In this document: piece after piece, positions 61,613 through 64,000 of the stretch
Numbering within the stretch: position 1 is the stretch's first letter
How the letters are laid out: each line of letters starts with the position of its first letter
NCBI GenBank assembly: GCA_010405405.1
Contig: MU004237.1
Location: 2,305,345 to 2,369,344, forward strand
Direction of reading: 5' to 3'
DNA from: Microthyrium microscopicum
Lineage: Eukaryota
DNA: 64,000 nt
Position numbers and translations under genes: made by a program
Notes under the pieces: generated by a model
Seen by the model: only the letters and a program-made list of their open reading frames with translations
Databases searched by the model: none
Told to the model about the DNA's origin: nothing

Positions 61613-62584
61613 CTATTCGTAGAATACTAAGCACCGAACTTCGATACTCTGTCTGCCTGGAGCGTTGCTTGGAGTTTCAGGGTCAACGAATGCAGTGTGA
61701 GGTGTATAACTAGCAATACCCTTCTTGCCAGCCGGAACTGCCTCGCCTCTGGAATCAAAACACTTGATGAATACAGCCTCTTCTGGCTTCATGTCCTTGA
61801 GATAGTAGAATTCGTGGTCATCACTAGGCGCCACTGAGAAAGTCTCGCCTTTGGCAGCATAGCCTTCTGTAGATTCGTTGGATACGACGGGTGGAAGTGT
61901 TTCCTTTCCACGATCATCGCCATCATCGCCGTCAGCTCGGTCTGGGTACATCAAGTCTACAGGAATAAGATCTGCGGGCTTTGTGCTTCGATAATCGACC
62001 AGAGCTAGTGGAAAATCCGATGCTGGATTCTCAATTGGGCGCCAGACATTGATGATTTGGAAACGGCCTTTGGCTAGTTCGCCAGCTTCTTCTTTGGGTA
62101 GATGTCTGAAGACGCGCTTTTCTGCTGCTGCTGGCGTTTGGTCGACATGGACTCGTTGCACTGGTTGGCGAGGTGAGTCCTTGGTTCGTCGGCGGATGGT
62201 GTGGTCGAATATGACGACTTTCTTGACGCCGGGGAGCTTGGATTTGACTAATTCTTCAACTTCATGGTAGTAGCCATTTCGCACGGCGTTGTCGTCGGTG
62301 AATAGCTTTTCTTTGGCCGGTGAATTGAAATATTGGAAGCCAGTTTTGTCGACCGAAAAGTTGGCCTCTTGTCCACGAACGTTGTGTACGACCTTGGTGT
62401 TTGTGACAGTTCCGAACGATTGTCCACCACCGTCGACTTTAGTCCATGGCTTGCCAGCATATGATTTGGGGTCAATGTAGTTGAATTCTGATGGCGACAT
62501 TGTGGATAACTTGCGAAGAGCAACTTTTGGTATTTGATGAGTTGGTTGAAGTCGAGTGGCGGAAGATACCAGACTTTTGAGCAT
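61613..62584 (-). CDS. AsaB/CmcJ-like (hydroxylase/desaturase-type) family enzyme
   Basis: FSVDKTGFQ, YYHEVEEL, VIFDHTIRR, VHVDQT, RFQIINVWRPI..DFPLALVD, KCFDS, TPHTAF, RQSIEVR. Confidence 0.88.
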   Translation of the reverse strand: MLKSLVSSATRLQPTHQIPKVALRKLSTMSPSEFNYIDPKSYAGKPWTKVDGGGQSFGTVTNTKVVHNVRGQEANFSVDKTGFQYFNSPAKEKLFTDDNAVRNGYYHEVEELVKSKLPGVKKVVIFDHTIRRRTKDSPRQPVQRVHVDQTPAAAEKRVFRHLPKEEAGELAKGRFQIINVWRPIENPASDFPLALVDYRSTKPADLIPVDLMYPDRADGDDGDDRGKETLPPVVSNESTEGYAAKGETFSVAPSDDHEFYYLKDMKPEEAVFIKCFDSRGEAVPAGKKGIASYTPHTAFVDPETPSNAPGRQSIEVRCLVFYE

Positions 62585-63442
62585 ACAGTATAACTAAAAT
62601 CTCAAAAGCAGTGAATATGGAGCTCTTGTATGGTTGCAATTGTGATAAGTAGAGTGTTGGCGGATAGGAGCGGCTGTTCTTATACTGACTTGACTGGGGA
62701 TGAACGATGGCGCAATTGATTACAATTGGTAAGGCGCTCTCACGATGACAAAACCATAAAGCCACAGCTTACAAAACAGTAGAGTCAGTGATGTCACGGA
62801 AATTGACGTGCTACAATTGGAGTTTATTTCCAAATGCGTGAATCGCCACTTCAATGTTCAGGATCAAATATTGCTGTCATTGTGTCCAATCACTTTCATG
62901 GAAGCAACATTGAATTGTACCTGTACATTCGAAGATGACATTGGATGCGCCCTAAATCTCAATGGCATAATGAGCCAGCCTTTGCCTGCATAAGCAAGGG
63001 AAAGTACAATGTATGAGTGGTCCAAATGGGCGGGGTCGCATCATAAACGGAGATCTTTCGGTTCAAGCTCCTATACAATTCGACTGAGATCTAAATCCAT
63101 TGGTAGGCTGGGCTGATTTAAACGACCGGAACAATAAGCTTCATCAGCGAGGAAGCATGACGCCTCTGCTCCGTATAGTTCTGGACTTAGCTGCTTTATT
63201 TGCCTCCATCAAGGTTGATACACAGATACATCATACGGCGTAAAAGATGGCAACTATTTGAGCCTGGAGAGTCCAGCCTCAGCCTTACTCAGTATTTCTC
63301 AGCCTTGTTTGACTTGCGAGTCACCTTCTGCATACAATAAGATAACTCACCAGATCAGAACTGTTGCAAGTCTCTTCAATATATCCCTTCGACATCTTCC
63401 TCTGACATTGACCACCGATGATGAGAACCAAAGCCATCAATC

Positions 63443-64000
63443 TCATTTCTTTGCCTTGGCCAGGTCCGCCAACCACGGAGCTTCTTCTACCGCCTGCGCC
63501 CAAGTCTTTCTCGGCCGCTCAAAAGTCTCCGTCACACGAGCATAGGCTATACCGCCCAGCTGAGCAACTGGCTTCAACACGTTCAAGTCAATATGATTCC
63601 TACTCTCATCGAGCGCATCGCTGCGGACCCAGAACCATTTCGCTTCCAGGATAGCAATGGACGCAACGCTGAAGCCTGGCTTGGTACGATGGTTGAACTC
63701 CTTAGAATCAGCGAGCTTGCACTCGATTGAGAAGACGGATTCTTTGACACGTGAAGGTTTCACCACCTTGGTCTCTCCGCGCGTCAACCCAGAAATCTCC
63801 CACTCTGAAACACCGTAGGGTGCATCGACTGAGGTTGCCATGACGGCTTCGACCATATCTTCGGAGACGATGTTGATGACACATTCGCCAGACTCCAAGA
63901 GATTGCGCCATGTATCCTTTGGTCTGTCAGTCCGCGAAGAGAAGCCGACCACAAAAGTTGCTGGATCATGATCAACAACCTGGAAGTAGCTCATTGGAGA
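63443..64000 (-). CDS. Flavin reductase-like FMN-binding split-barrel protein (5' partial)
   Basis: PMSYFQVVDHDP, KDTWRNLLESGECVINIVSE, GVSEWEISGL, PSRVKESVFSIECK, LKPVAQLGGIAY. Confidence 0.88.
   Translation of the reverse strand, partial: SPMSYFQVVDHDPATFVVGFSSRTDRPKDTWRNLLESGECVINIVSEDMVEAVMATSVDAPYGVSEWEISGLTRGETKVVKPSRVKESVFSIECKLADSKEFNHRTKPGFSVASIAILEAKWFWVRSDALDESRNHIDLNVLKPVAQLGGIAYARVTETFERPRKTWAQAVEEAPWLADLAKAKK

Overview
Gene-dense, intron-containing region of a filamentous ascomycete (Pezizomycotina, probably Dothideomycete-like; taxonomy is inferred). About 25 protein genes can be read. These include a GPI-anchored Cu-only-type SOD, SCAP, a HeLo-like/ankyrin protein, a LEU5-like carrier, a GNAT, an amino-acid permease, a HIT protein, DUF1446/AtuA, an MDR reductase, Fpg, PUF6, TFB4, a LYR protein, a glyoxalase, an AsaB/CmcJ-like enzyme and a flavin reductase. 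Two regions stand out. (1) The ORF-free AT-rich block at 44534-55845 is one complete 11.3-kb DNA transposon destroyed by RIP. It has ~100-bp TIRs with TAT...ATA termini, a 6-bp TSD (GACATA), a DDE integrase that can be rebuilt by hand-reversing RIP (IS3EU-like), and further unassigned ORF relics. It sits in the divergent PUF6/TFB4 promoter. (2) Five diverged BTB/POZ genes at 13950-22310 all begin with the same 8-nt 'MAP' micro-exon. Their later introns differ, including an apparently gained intron with boundary direct repeats and an internal tandem repeat, and one copy carries a premature stop. Exon boundaries and family calls were made by eye; no database search was run.
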